Assembly (NCBI GenBank): GCA_000165425.1
Contig: CT868660.1
Span: 558,001-622,000 of the forward strand
From: Paramecium tetraurelia
Taxonomy: Eukaryota
Length of the DNA stretch: 64,000 nt
Reading direction: 5' to 3'
Part shown: piece by piece, positions 27,092-44,770 of the stretch
Numbering within the stretch: the first letter of the stretch is position 1
How the letters are laid out: each line of letters opens with the position of its first letter
The notes under the pieces: model-generated
The model's input: the letters and a program-made list of their open reading frames with translations, nothing else
Told to the model about the DNA's origin: nothing
The model's database searches: none
Position numbers and translations under genes: made by a program

Positions 27092-28641
27092 TCATTTTAG
27101 TTAAAAGTCATCGTCTAAAGTTGATTCTAGATCTGATTGCTACTGCTACTATTAGATTTAAGTAATGTCCATGGTTCTCATTTTTCTATGAATATAACTC
27201 TTTAATTTATCATATAAGGTTATTGCCAACAAATACATCGAATGTAAAGATGGATCTTGCTTACTTAATTATTGATAAGGCATTGAATATAACTTATTCT
27301 AATAGAACCAATACACTAACAATATAATTATTATTTATTACATCTACTAGATTTATATTTGGCCTAACTATCAGTTTATCCATGTTTCTTGTTTACCCAG
27401 GATAGTTGATGCGGTATCTTACTCAAAATCTCAGTTAATTCAATCATCTCTGCATTCAGCACCTTCTCTTACCAAATTTTCCTTTTTTCAGCAGATGTCC
27501 AACAACTCTTCCAATAATTCAATTCGTATTCTGAATAATCCTTTTCCAATGCCAACAGTATTTCCCTTACAGTATTTATATCGCATCTCTAAAATAATTC
27601 AACAGCCATTGAGTCTTGGCTAATTTATTCAATCCCATAAGTATTATCAAGAGCGATTGGATCCAGTTTGCAATCCTCTAAACTAAAGTAACCTCCACTC
27701 ACTAAACTTTTCATTTCAGCACATTTCTTCTATTGTTGACCAATCAATTCTATCATTTCTGCTCCTTATATTACTTGCCAATCTTCCTCGCTGTTTTCTT
27801 AATAGATACACTGTTTCTCCTCTTAAAAGACCTAAAAGTCATTGATTTAAGTACATAAAGATTGTTTGAGATCTTCTCTATGGCTTAAGTGTGAAACAAT
27901 TATTTATTACTAACTGTTGATGCTTTTGTATACAGATTTATTTCTTCTTCTAATCCTGCTATCAATTGAAGAGTCTTAACCTATTCTTTTTATTTCTTTT
28001 TAGCCACTTTACCAACTGATTATTGTAGTCTTTTTAATTCGGCTTCTTTCTTGGCCAATTCCTTTCTCCAATCATTATTTGATAATATTTCCTATATCTT
28101 TAATCTTTGGTCAATCTCCTAAATCAAAAATTCTGATTCATAAAAGATTGTATCTATCATAAACAGGAGCAACTTTTATTTATCCAAAGCGAGCCAATTT
28201 TTAAATTACTCTTATTATAAATGTTCTTTAAACTATTAGTATTCTAATTCTATTTCATCCTTTATATATGCCCTAATCCTATAAATGCGTGTTATTAATG
28301 TGAAAATTGTTGGCCAGATGTTCACCAAGATCGATCGACGAATAAATTGACTATATTTGTATTTACATCATACTTCTTTATTTATCCTATTACATTCAAG
28401 AAAGCTGAATTAGTTTGTGTTGATGCCTATACCAAATATGCCAAACAAAATTTATCCATTAATCCTATCACCAATTGAAAGGCCAAAGATGAATTCTCAT
28501 TCGATTCCTATCAATCTCATTAAATAAACAATTTACAAAACTTTAATGCAATTGTTCTACCGTATAGCGAGTTCGTAAATTCAATTGAGAAGCAAATGTA
28601 CGGCAAAATTCATAAATTTAGAGAGTATTCACCAGAGACAT
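27092..28641 (-). CDS. DDT-domain protein with WHIM1/WSD-like regions (candidate ISWI accessory subunit)
   Basis: MSLVNTLQIYEFCRTFASQLNLRTRYTVEQLHQSF (DDT-like); FKNWLALDKQKLLLFMID..EIDQR (WHIM1-like); coiled coil; W-rich C-terminal region (YWKSCWTSAEKRKIWQEKV). Confidence 0.65.
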
Positions 28642-29688
28642 ACTTTAATTATTAATTATTACATATTTTGCAATTAAAATGCGGGGAATAAAAAATGAAT
28701 TTTTCATACACAATTATATTAGTACCTTTATAAATTATGATATACTTCTGTTCAAATCATATACAATTTTGAAATCAAATCATATGTTACTCAACTTTAA
28801 GAATTTAAAGAAACACCAATATATATTCATAAATACTATTCAATCAAATCAGATTTATGCATTATTGACCCTTCATTAAAGCCAACATTATCTGAATTTT
28901 ATCACATTTATTAAAATTACAACTTACATAAAGAATTTTGGATTAAATTAAATATTTATTATAAAATATAAATCTATGATATTACTAAAGCGATTGAAAT
29001 AAGTATATCTTGAGTAGATTGATTAGAGTTTTTAATCATACCTTATTCAATTGGTTATATTTAGGATCTTTAATTATATATATATTTTATTTATAATGTA
29101 GTAACAAAAATAGCTTATATTTTATAATTATAAATATTTTATTGAATCTTAACAATTCTTGATTGGCTTAGAAGAACGTAAAATAATTATATAGTTCCAT
29201 ACTTAATATTAAATACTTATTTACATTTACACTTAAATAGAAGTAAAAATCTATAATAAATTTAATATTTTGCATATCTTTACTAATTCAGAACTTATTT
29301 ACAAAAATTAAATATAATAAGCTAATGAAAAATATAATAACAGTGCTTATTCAAGTATGTATAAAATTAGACTAACTATAATTAAATCAAAAAAACTCAT
29401 AAATAGAATTAGTAAGATTATAATTATTAGTTTAAATAAAATACATTATATAGAAAGAATTAGTACTTTAAACAAATTTGATTGATTAATTACTAATAAA
29501 TAAATGACAACTCTAAAGAATCTCAATAAAATTAGAGATAATATTTAAAAGATATGGAAGTTTTCTTGAAATCCAACATAAGTAGTGATATAATCTTACA
29601 TTTCTTAATAAGAACAATATCTACAAATTATGTATAAATAATTCTTTAGCTAATTTTTAAAGTATTATTTTATTAATATTTTATATAA

Positions 29689-30336
29689 ATGGGAGGAAGA
29701 AGAAAATCGAATAGGATGCCAAAAAAAGAAAAGGTTTAATCAATTAAGACTATATTTGATTGTGCACTTTGCGGCTATAAGAATTGTGTAATTGTTAAAA
29801 TGTATAATTAACAAAAAGAAATAGAAAAAAAGTCATTAAGATTGCAGAATTAAATTGTGATAAATGTCAAGCTGCATTTACAACTAAAATCAAAGGACTA
29901 GATGAAGCTATTGATGTATATCACAAATGGTTGGCTGACCTGAAGCAAAAAAAACTTACTAAGGAATAACCAGAAACTAGATTCGATGATAATTCAAGTG
30001 CAGATGAAGGAGCTGGAAGAAATGTAGAAGGTAAAATATTAATTCTAAGACTTTAAATTAGAAATCCTGAAGGATTAAGGAGATGCTGATAATAAATCCT
30101 AATTTAGTGCTGATTCATTAGATGAAAAAAAACCATAACAAACCAATAATAATGAAAAAAGCAATAAAGGTAAATTAAAGAAGCAGCACTCAGAGGAGGA
30201 CGATGATGAAGATGATGACGATGATGATATTTCAGATGATTCAAAATTAGATTCTGAAAAACTCTCAGATATTGACAGTTTACTAAGTGACGCTGATGAT
30301 GCTGAGGAAATCATAAAGAAATTTAGAAAACGCTGA
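29689..30336 (+). CDS. ELF1: Transcription elongation factor Elf1 with acidic tail
   Basis: MGGRRKS..TIFDCALCGYKNCV..CDKCQAAFTTKIKGLDEAIDVYHKWL (C4 zinc ribbon); D/E-rich C-terminus; two tiny introns. Confidence 0.9.
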
Positions 30337-31209
30337 TTATTATAATTATGTTTAAAATATCTAGAAATTTCATGCTATGTTTCTTTTATGCTAGTTTTTT
30401 AGTTTGATAATTTTAAAAAATTCTTATAAAGAATTAATTTTATTTTGATAATAAAATTATATTATCAATATTAGATTTGTAATTTTTGTATATCGATTGA
30501 TCTATTCTCTGTCATCATTCATTATATAGTGATATTGTAAGTATTATCATATTAGAATTTTATAGATAATTCGTTATTACAAATCACTAATTTAGTTACT
30601 ATGAAGTAGTTTCAATGGTTTATGCTTGAGTTATTATAGAGACCAATCATCTAATTACAATTGATTCTATATTAAAACATTTAGTATAAATTTTGTCTTT
30701 TTCGGTACATCAATAATTAAAGTGGATTTATTAGTTAAATCTAAATTTATAACTAATTTTATCGAAGAATCTCATTCATCTAGTGATTCAGGCAAGATTT
30801 TATTGATAATTTTGGATGGATATATAATTAATTACATATGACTATTAAATTTTTATTTTTTGACTCTAAATTTGAATGAACTTGATCAATCATGTTAAAA
30901 ATGATGGAGAATTTTAGATGTTATTATATTTTTGTTATAGTTTATCTAAATTATTTTATCTAAAATTTATTTTTGTTCCATCAGGAATAATGATTTAAAT
31001 TTTGACAGATTAGTATATTTTTTACAATTCTTGAAAAAAATTGATTATCTTTTCGAGAGTAAAAGGAATCCTGATGATATATTAAAGTTGAAGGCAGATG
31101 AACAATATGGAATGGTTCATTCGTGTGAATAGGATCAATTATAAATAAGAACAATAGTGAACAGTGAATTTGCCTAATTTTTTTGAGTTGAATTAATACA
31201 TATTAATTA

Positions 31210-35151
<3,942 letters not shown>

Positions 35152-35220
35152 ATTAACTTCTTGTAATTTTAATATTATCAATAGATTATATTATTATTAA
35201 ACAAATGTCCTTCAATATAT

Positions 35221-38200
35221 TCAACTCTTTTTCTAAGTAAAGAATTGTTATTTAATTATCTAAACTATTTAAAGATATTTACAAATGAATTTAGAGGATT
35301 AAAATTGTTTGCTTTTGGATTCTGCATACGTGTTGAATCTCTTATTCTCTATTAACTTGCAATCTAAAATTAAGAGTCATTTTGATTAAAATCAACACTA
35401 GCATTTCCAAGATTTCTAAAACTACCTGTACCTTAATACATTTCAGTCACAAAATAATCAGATTTTACTGAAATTCTGTTCCCCTTTTCATATTCTGCAA
35501 TCTAAATATAGTAATATAATTAGAGTACTTTTAATAGTAGCTCGTTGTTTTTATTTTAATATTCCTCTTTCAAAGTAGTTTATCTCATTAAGTCTTGTTT
35601 CACTATACTGAGTTAGTTCTATAAATCTATCAAAAATTGTTAATTACTAAATTAATAAAATATATACTCGTTCTATTTCTATGATTTATTATTCTCTTGA
35701 TTCTTGATCTATTCCTTTAGAGTTACAATATAATTAGACAACTATTAAATTTCATTATCTTTTTTTTAAATAATTTCCTAAATTTCCATTACTTTTATAT
35801 TAAATTATTTATGAAGTTCTAGATTCTCAATTTTCTTTTCCTCTTCAAACTACTTTAGAGCATTTTCTAATTTATTATTTTTTTACATTAATTAAGACAT
35901 TTTTTCCTACTATAAAGAATAATCTTAAATTTAAATTTAGTTTTCTTTTAAATTTGATTATTATTAATCTAGTTTTACTGCATAAGCTGAGATTTTATCA
36001 TTTAATTTTTTTATTTCATCACTCTTTTGTCTTATCAAATCTGATAATCTATTGATTTCTCTTTACAATTCATCATTTTACATTTACATCTATTTAAAAC
36101 TATTTTTGCTTATATAGTATTCATCTTCTTTTGATTATTATTTCATTTAAAATTCTTATTATAATTATTATATCTATTAATTATATTTAGTTTCTTGACT
36201 TTTTAATTTAAACTCGTAATCCTATTTACTCAATTCAAATTCTCCCCATTATCTTTTAATTTAATTTTCAGACTCATTTAATTTTCTCTTCAGTTCAGTA
36301 ACTAATTCTTATGAATCATTTTTTAATTTCTCTCTTTATTCATATTAACTAATCATCTATTTATACTATTTTGTTTCTTCTTAAAATTAGTTATTTTCTT
36401 TAATCTTTAGTTACAATTCATCTATGGATGATTATAATTCATATAATTATTATCTCATTTTTGTATTCTCATACTTCATTTTTTCATTTGCAGATATTAA
36501 CTCCTCAACATTTTTCTTTTATAAATTTAACTGTTTCTCCAAATACTGAATATCATCTGTTTTTACCTACAATTATAATTCCAACTATTAGATCTTAAAT
36601 ACATCTTCATCTTTACTTACCTCCACAGTTTCTTTAACAATTTTAATTTAAGATTGCTAATTTTATACTTCAAAATTACTCTACTCAAGAATTCTAATCT
36701 TCTATTCTAACTATTATATCTTCAAAAAATCAGAATTTTATGATTTTCTCAAGGATTCATTCTATTAATTCAATTATTAATGCAAAGCCTTATTCTCTTA
36801 CTTTAAAGTTGCTAATTATACAGAAAGTTCTTGAACTTATTCTCGATCTTAATTAACTATAACTGATTTTTTTATTTATTCATTAGATTAAATCTGCAAT
36901 TTAAAATTTTCCTCTTATAATTATTGAACAATCTTTTCCAGTTATTGGATTCTTTACAAATCTTACTTTGAAGATACTTCTACAAATTCTGTTATTTAGG
37001 ATTATTTCTTATTACAAACTTCTTCATAATCTCTCCTCAAAGTAATTAATTGTTTTTCTAACTCTTTAATCCTATTTTTATCTACTTCTGATTAAATCTC
37101 CACATAATTTTGCTTTTAAGCATTTAAGATCCTATACTCAGATTGTAATTATTGTAATTCCTATCTTAACTCTTTAATTAATATTTAATCACTTTGAGAT
37201 GGCACTTCAATAACTTCTTTAACCACTTCCTTTAATACTTATTATTTCAAAGTATTCAACTCAAAGTACTGATCCTTTAGCATTCTTAGTTATTCTTCCA
37301 GCTATCTTATTTTACTTTTATCTTCCTACAACCCTTAAAGCTATTCTATCTGTATAATTTGAGCATTATATTGATTTTGAACACAAATATATTATTCTTT
37401 CATCAATAGATATTCTTATTGAAGATTTTATAGAGATTGTTCAAGCAAAATTATTCTCTCTTAATCCTATTAATTTTCAACATAAATATATTCTTTAATA
37501 ACTTCGTTTCTCTTCTGATTTTGTAGAGCCATATCTTTTTATAAATTATCCACTTGTAATTCTAATTGTTGAATCCTTATTTTTTCTTACTTTAATTACT
37601 ATGAAAATAGCGATTCTCTTTCTGAAAACCTCAATTTCTCAACTTCAATCTATCTTTCTAAATCAAAGCATTTTGAGGATTTTATATTTAATTGAGATTC
37701 CTAATCTCTTAATTTAATTTGCAATTAATCTAATTACAATTATAGCTACTATATCTAATTCTCAAATACACCATTATTTCGCTACTGATGTTCTTCAATT
37801 ATAAGCATATATTGGTTTATTGTATCTTTGTAATGTAATTCCTTTTGGTATAAAGAATGCATAATATTTTATTATTCTTCTACCAAAGCTTCTAAATTTT
37901 GAATAGTTTTTTAATCGTATTCATTTTAAGTTTTATAGTTGAGATACTAAGTAAGTTAATTGCGGAGTTCTTGATGTTTATACATCAAGTCTTCATTTAA
38001 TGTTTGTTATTCATAAAATTTATCTTACCAAATCTTAGTTTAAATATCATTCTCTTATATTTATTATTAATTTTAAAAAGTAAATCTACTCTCTTCAAAA
38101 ATTTATGTTTTGCAATTCAATTCCTTTTGTTATGAAACAAACTTATCACTTACACTCTTAAGTTCAATTTGAAAACGGTTTTCCTAATCATTTAATTGTT

Positions 38201-39427
38201 TTTCATATTGTGTTTACAAGGAGAATATATTACCTTTAAGCCTTTCAATTTCTTCTAAGTAAGCGTTAATCTATTAATTCTACTAAACTTCTTTTGAAGA
38301 TATGTTAGTTTAGTTTTGATATAGATTTGATTTTTGAGTTCTATAATTTTCATTTTCATATTATAATTATTCTATATATTATTTTAATTTGAATATTTCG
38401 TTTACATATTGAGTATTCTCTACTTATTAAGAATTATAAGTCTAGCTCTGAGATTATTCGAGTTTCTATTTCAAATTTTGTTATTCTTTTATTAATTAAT
38501 ATTCGCTTTGTTATTTCTATTATATTTCTGCTTTTAAATCATTAATCTATTTAAATTGTTAGTAAATCTAATCTTTTAATTAAGATACAGTGTCTAAATT
38601 AGCCTATGATTCCCTATAGCTACTTTTACCAATTAATTATTAATTTTCTTTTTCTAGTATTATTAATTTATTCTCTAATTCAATCTTCATTATTTCTAAA
38701 TTTTAATACCTTTATTGCCATCCTTAGATCTGTGAAGACAACGACTAGATTTAGCTTTTCATTTAATCAATATCATATTTAGATTATTATTTTTATTCAT
38801 TTAAGGCTTTTTCTAGTTTTTCTTAGTTTCTACTATAATCACTTATTAAAATTTAAATATCATCTTCCATTTCTTTTATTTTCCTCTAATTCTATGAAAA
38901 ATTCATATCTTGAGTTTCAATTGTTTGAGTGAAACGGTTATCTTTATAAAATTTCAATTCTGCCTCTAATTTCTGTTTATATTTATTTTACTCATTAATT
39001 TATTATTACAAATCTACATTATCTATAAAAATAGCTATCAATAACTACCTTATTGAATTTTTTATATATATCTATCGGTCGGTTATTGTGATCCAAGTTG
39101 GTTTCTAATCCTTGAGAGCTCCTATTAAGCAGCTGATAACTCAACATTAATAAGTAATAATTTTTGCTTTAATTCATTATTTTCTATTTGGAATGATTTA
39201 AGTAGCAAATTCTCTTTATTCAATTGCTCACATAAATCTCTATAGTAAGATATCCCTTATTTTTGTTCTTCTCTTTTTCTTTATTCTGAAGGTCTTTCAT
39301 CGTATTGAGAAGATATTCGACTGCTGCCTGGTAACATGTCATTCCCATTAAGACTGATTATAGTATGAATATTTACGTGATCATGTATTTGTCTTTTATA
39401 TTTTTGAATGGGATATTACTATTACAT
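35221..39427 (-). CDS. Very long Q/E/K-rich coiled-coil protein (structural or cortical)
   Basis: About 4.2 kb code-6 frame dominated by heptad-like Q/E/K/L/I; start and end approximate. Confidence 0.75.
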
Positions 39428-40314
39428 TAATAAATATTATTTATGTTAAAATATCAATAAAGTATAATGCTTGTTAATAAAACTTAGATTTAGACTTATG
39501 GCTTTTAACTTAAATTCATTTAATATTCATTTTTTAAATCTATACATTAAGAATCTTAAGGGAAGTGGTGTTTTTAACAATTTCTATATATCAATAAGAT
39601 TTTCAATTCTAATATGGAACTCTTAAATAATACCTCAGTAAGAGTTTCAAATAATGAAAAGAAGAAGAACAAAATCTATATCTGCCACTTTTATAAAAGA
39701 TCATTCATAAAGCTTCAAAGGTTCTGAATAGTCTCCTTGTAAAGGTAAAATCTCCCTTAATTTTATTTCTTAATACAATCCTATATCATATTAACAGATG
39801 ACCCTGATCTTAATAATCATCATTCCTCATTAGAAAATATTTAGAACTTCTCAAATTTTATATTTTCTCCATCAATCAATAAAAAATCAATTTGATCTTG
39901 ATTATTTATTAAATTTTTGGATTTTTAAATAATTACAATAATCTTAAATGATCATTACTATAATTCCTTTGGGTGTTTTAATTTATAATTAAAATAAATA
40001 GGAGTGCTAACTTATCATATTATTTATTATTTATTGAAAAATCATCTATCCAATGAAATTAAATGGATATATTTTTAATTTAAAATTATGATTAATAAAA
40101 ATAATATTCTTGTGATGCTTTGTATTTAGGAGCTTCTCTTTATTCTCTGAAAAATTATAAACAGAGATGCTTATCTATTTTGATTAGAATTTGATGATTT
40201 ATAAATTTATGTACAAATTTATCTAATTTTACCAAATTAATCGATTTCCTATTTTAAAATATCAAATATCTAGATTTTTCTAAATAATATAATTATAAAA
40301 TTAAAATATCTAAA

Positions 40315-42255
40315 TCATTACTCATTTTTTAATTTTTAAACATAATCATTAAGTAAAAATAATATCTATTTAGTCTTTTAACGAAGTTCTAGAGGATCTT
40401 CTATGGTCTCTAATTCTCTTAATATTAATTAATATTATTTAGTTTGAACTGCTTCATTTATTAATTGTTTATTTTGCTCCCTTTATTAATATATCAATTC
40501 AAGAGCCACTAAAATTAGTTATGGCCAAGTTACATGTTGAGCTTCTTAAATTTAAAACTTTTCGCTAAAAAATATTGTTTAGACTCTATCAGGAATAGTT
40601 TCGATGTCTAAAGGATAGTTATAACATATCTTCATAAATTTGATAAATTATTTCTATTAAACAATACTTTCCATTACTTTCTTTCTTGGAATAACCTTAA
40701 TAGTAAAATTAGTCAAATGTAGAAGTTTCAGAAGCAGAGGAAAGGATTTATTAAGCATAGTCATTTTTTGAATGAATTATTTGAAGATTGGTTTAGTATT
40801 ATTTGAAACCTTATCTGAAGCTTTTTTACTCTTTGAATTTAACTGAAATTTACACGTATCTTACTCTATTCTTAATTGTTCTGATATTTCTAAATTAGAT
40901 TCCAAAAGAGTTTTTATTTTAAATAGAGAAGTGCCTATTTATAAAATGTTGCATCCAAAGGCTTTAAATTACTCATTTGGATCTGCCTTATTAAATAGTA
41001 TTTATTTAATGTTTTGACCACATAATTACCAAATTTACTGCAAAAGCATTTTAAATTGTTCATCTTTATAAATCTAAATTAATTCATCCTAATATTTAAA
41101 GTAGTTATTGATTATTAATTATAAATAGGAGATTAAAACAGTATTCAAATCTACTTTTAAATAATTAGGGTTTTCAAGATGAAATTTCTCTAAAAAACTG
41201 GGATTCATAAAAGAGGACAAGATTTATTCTAACTTAAATTGTTGTGCAAATTTAGTTAATTCTGGCATTTTGCATAGTTATAATATTATCTAGTCAGACG
41301 GGGATATAATTAAAATTCCTCTTTTATCTGGTACTTTATGTCGCTTACTAAAATATATAAATTTTATTAATTTAAGCAGATGAGGAACAACAATTTATAA
41401 GTCGATTAATTTCAACATTAATACCTTAATTGCAAATTCCTTTCTTATTTTATTCTCTTTTTCTGATTGATCTTTTTCTTCCTTGAGAATTTAGGTAAAT
41501 TTATCTTTGTTTTGATCAAATTAATGTGATGATCCGTTTTATACATCATTCTACGATATTAATTCGTTTTATTCATTCTAGGATTCATCTGAACTTAATT
41601 ATTATTAGTTTGCTTCTAATGCCAATAAATCTGAATGGACAATTTTAACTTATTGAATAATCATCTTTAAGACTTTGGAATTTTAAATGACTGAGTTTTT
41701 GATTTGCCTACATAGATTATATTAAATTCTAATATTTTGTAAATCTAAATTATGCATTTTGAATCTTCTCATGCCAAAATCTGCTAATTTATTCGTAAAA
41801 TATTAAAGTAACCGTAGTATGATTTTTTCATCATCATCCAGTTTAGTCATGTCTGTTTTCTACATTATTTCCTGATTTGAACTTTTATCTTTTTCTAATT
41901 TATGACGAATTCTATTTAGTTTCTTTAATAATGAATCACAATAATTTATTGAAATTTTATCCTTAGTGATAATTACAAAAGATAGAATCTGAGGAAAAAC
42001 AACACCTCTTTCAATTATGTAAATAAAGTATTCCCTAATTTATTACGCAATTCCATCAGTGGAGATTTTAGATGATTAAATCTGATCATAATGTTATAGA
42101 TTGGATGTAGAGTTAGAGTTTAGTGGCAAATCTGAGTATTTTAATTATTGAGGAACTGTAACTACTCGACTTTCTTAGGCTTAATTAAGCAAATAAGCAT
42201 TCTTATAATTCTAGATCTATTTTTCTATGGTTTTTAAGTGTTTCTTATCTAGCAT
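40315..42255 (-). CDS. Hypothetical alpha-helical protein
   Basis: MLDKKHLKTIEKQIQNYKNAYLLNQ.. long code-6 frame ending ..DPLELRQK..NEQ-TGA; no motif recognised. Confidence 0.65.
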
Positions 42256-42744
42256 AATTATTATTAATTTTACTCCTCCTAATTTTTAGAATGAATTAGT
42301 AAAAATGGGATGTATTTGCTGAATAAATAAAGGATTTTTTTATATTAAGATATTTATATACTAAGTTAAATATTACTGAAATATTGCTACCATATTAATA
42401 TATCCTGAATTTATTTTGAATAGATAACTATTTTAATCGAAATCATTTTATTAGATCATATGAAAATTTTATAATATGATCTAAATTATTAAGTACTTTT
42501 AGAAAGTGTTCTCAAATATATTTAGTTCAATTTTATCAGCTAATATATTAAATATCAATTTAAGAGTTAAATTAATCAAAAATATCATTAACAATGCTGA
42601 TTTTATAATAATGTGTTGTATGCTAAGATTTATAATAATAGGTGAAATTTCTAGCTCTAATATATTTGCATTTCGATACCTGTATCTTAATGAGCTTGAA
42701 TAAAAAAGGTTATTATTACCTCTGAAATATTTTTATTTTTATAT

Positions 42745-43218
42745 ATGATTTTATCTGAAAGAAGCAAGCCTAACTTGTAATAGTAAAGAAAATACAAGTA
42801 AATCTCTTTATCTTAAGTTTTGAAAAAGCCACTCATTGTCAAATCCTTACCTCCTATCTTTATTACTTCAGTTCAAAAGACTCTGAAGTAAACTCAATAA
42901 AAATTGGATAATTGCTAATCTCAAAGACTTTCCCAACAATCAATTTTGAATAAATTCAATTCTTTTGGAGCTGTAGGATTGACATAAACCCCTTAGAATG
43001 AATATCCTGTCTAATAGCAAATAGTTTTATTATGCAGTAAAAAATTAGACATTCAAGATAAAAAAAAATACACTAATTTTAGAAAAATTCATATAAAACC
43101 AATATAACTATTGACAGAAAAATATCACACAGAGGAGGATGTTTAAATAGATAAAGTTAATAAATGGTCTTAAACTACATTTGATGAAGACTAGCTTCTT
43201 GAATATTTAAATAACTGA
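42745..43218 (+). CDS. Hypothetical protein (157 aa)
   Basis: MILSERSKPNL..KWSQTTFDEDQLLEYLNN-TGA, uninterrupted frame. Confidence 0.65.
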
Positions 43219-43308
43219 GTCAATGAAAGAAAATAAAACTGATTTTTTATATGTATTTTTATATTTAAGTCTTTTTAATTAAAACAATTGAAATTCAATA
43301 TTAATTTA

Positions 43309-43979
43309 ATGAAATTGCTTTTAATATTATTGCTGGGCTTGAGTGCTTACGCCTTCACTGATTAAATGATGTCTTTAGAAGAACTAGCAAAATTTGATGT
43401 CAAAAGTATTGATTGCACAAAGAATGATCAAATATCCTTGATTGAAAAACAAATGCTATAATGGGAAGACCTACTAAAACATCAAAAAGCTATTTCTCAT
43501 GATATTAAAATATTAAAATCTATTGAACATCTATTATCATCAAAGTCAAGCTCATTTCTGGAAGTTCAAACCTAAATTTCTGGAAAAAAATTGATGAAAA
43601 AATTACATAAATTGGAATTGCCATTAACAAAAAGTAAAATTGGATTAGCTCAAGTATAATTATTAAAAGAATAGTGCAAAGGTTTAGATTCAGAAAGTAA
43701 AATTGAATATAAAATAAATTAGATCCTGAAGAAAGGGCTTAAGCAAAAAAGGAGTTATGCAAGCTTTTAAAGCAATATGTTAATAATCTGAATAATTGTA
43801 AATAATAATGTACTAATTCACCTGTGACAGTTATCAAGATCAAAGGATAAATTAAAGACTTAGAAATCATAAGAGATAATTGTTAAAATGGAAAAATAAG
43901 TGGAGTCAAAGTTATAACAATGGATGGTGAAAATCAAGAATATAAAGTAGCAGCAGATGGAACAGCTGAAAAATAATGA
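43309..43979 (+). CDS. Secreted proprotein, possibly dense-core granule (trichocyst) cargo
   Basis: Signal peptide MKLLLILLLGLSAYA, helical body, SSSFLEV motif, several Cys; two tiny introns. Confidence 0.75.
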
Positions 43980-44770
43980 TTATTAATAAAATAATGCTTA
44001 CAAGAAAGGATATTAAGCTTCTATTAATTTATAATATTTATTCACTTAGTTTAAAAGGTTTTCAATTATTTTGGATTGTTTTTCTATATTAAATTATTAG
44101 GTAAAATACCGTTACAAGTAATTTAGGTCTTAATTCAAGGAGAAGGGTTGTATATAATATTTATGCAATATTTTCTTTTTTTAACTTAGAATAAGATCTT
44201 TACAAAATGTTTACATTCTCAAGTTTAATTTAACTTGAGAATAGTACCCTATTGTTTGATTTTGATATTTGAATCAAAGAGAAGGAATTATTCTTATCGA
44301 TATAATGATGAGTAAAACCATTTTGAGAAATTATAATAGATCTAAAATATAACAAATAATTTTAGAGTCTCAAAGACAAAAAGTCAAAATTTATCTAGAT
44401 AAGCTATGTTTATTATTTAATCCACTTAAATGATTATTCTAGTTACATCACTTTAGGAAATTAAAATATATTTGTATAATTTGAAAGAATCATTTTAAAG
44501 GAATTAAATAACAAAATAAAATTACAGAAGAATAGTTACAATAAGAAATGAAGTAGAAATGAAGGCAAGTTAAATTCAGCAGTTAAAGAGAATTAAAGAA
44601 GTTTATTGAAGTAATATCAGAATTCACCAAGATTATTGTAAATTAATAAAGAATATAATTACTTTAATTATTAAAGTTTATTGTTACTTTTAATAAATTT
44701 TCTTATCGAAATTGGATATTTTATACAATAATATTTGAGTAGAATTAATAGAATTATTCTAAATAATCAT

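Noticed and set aside
27092..27130. C-terminal TLDDDF resembling the ribonucleotide reductase small-subunit tail
   Set aside because: The rest of the protein lacks RNR di-iron motifs and has a DDT-like N-terminus.
30099..30314. Ser-rich minus-strand ORF
   Set aside because: Antisense of the acidic Elf1 tail.
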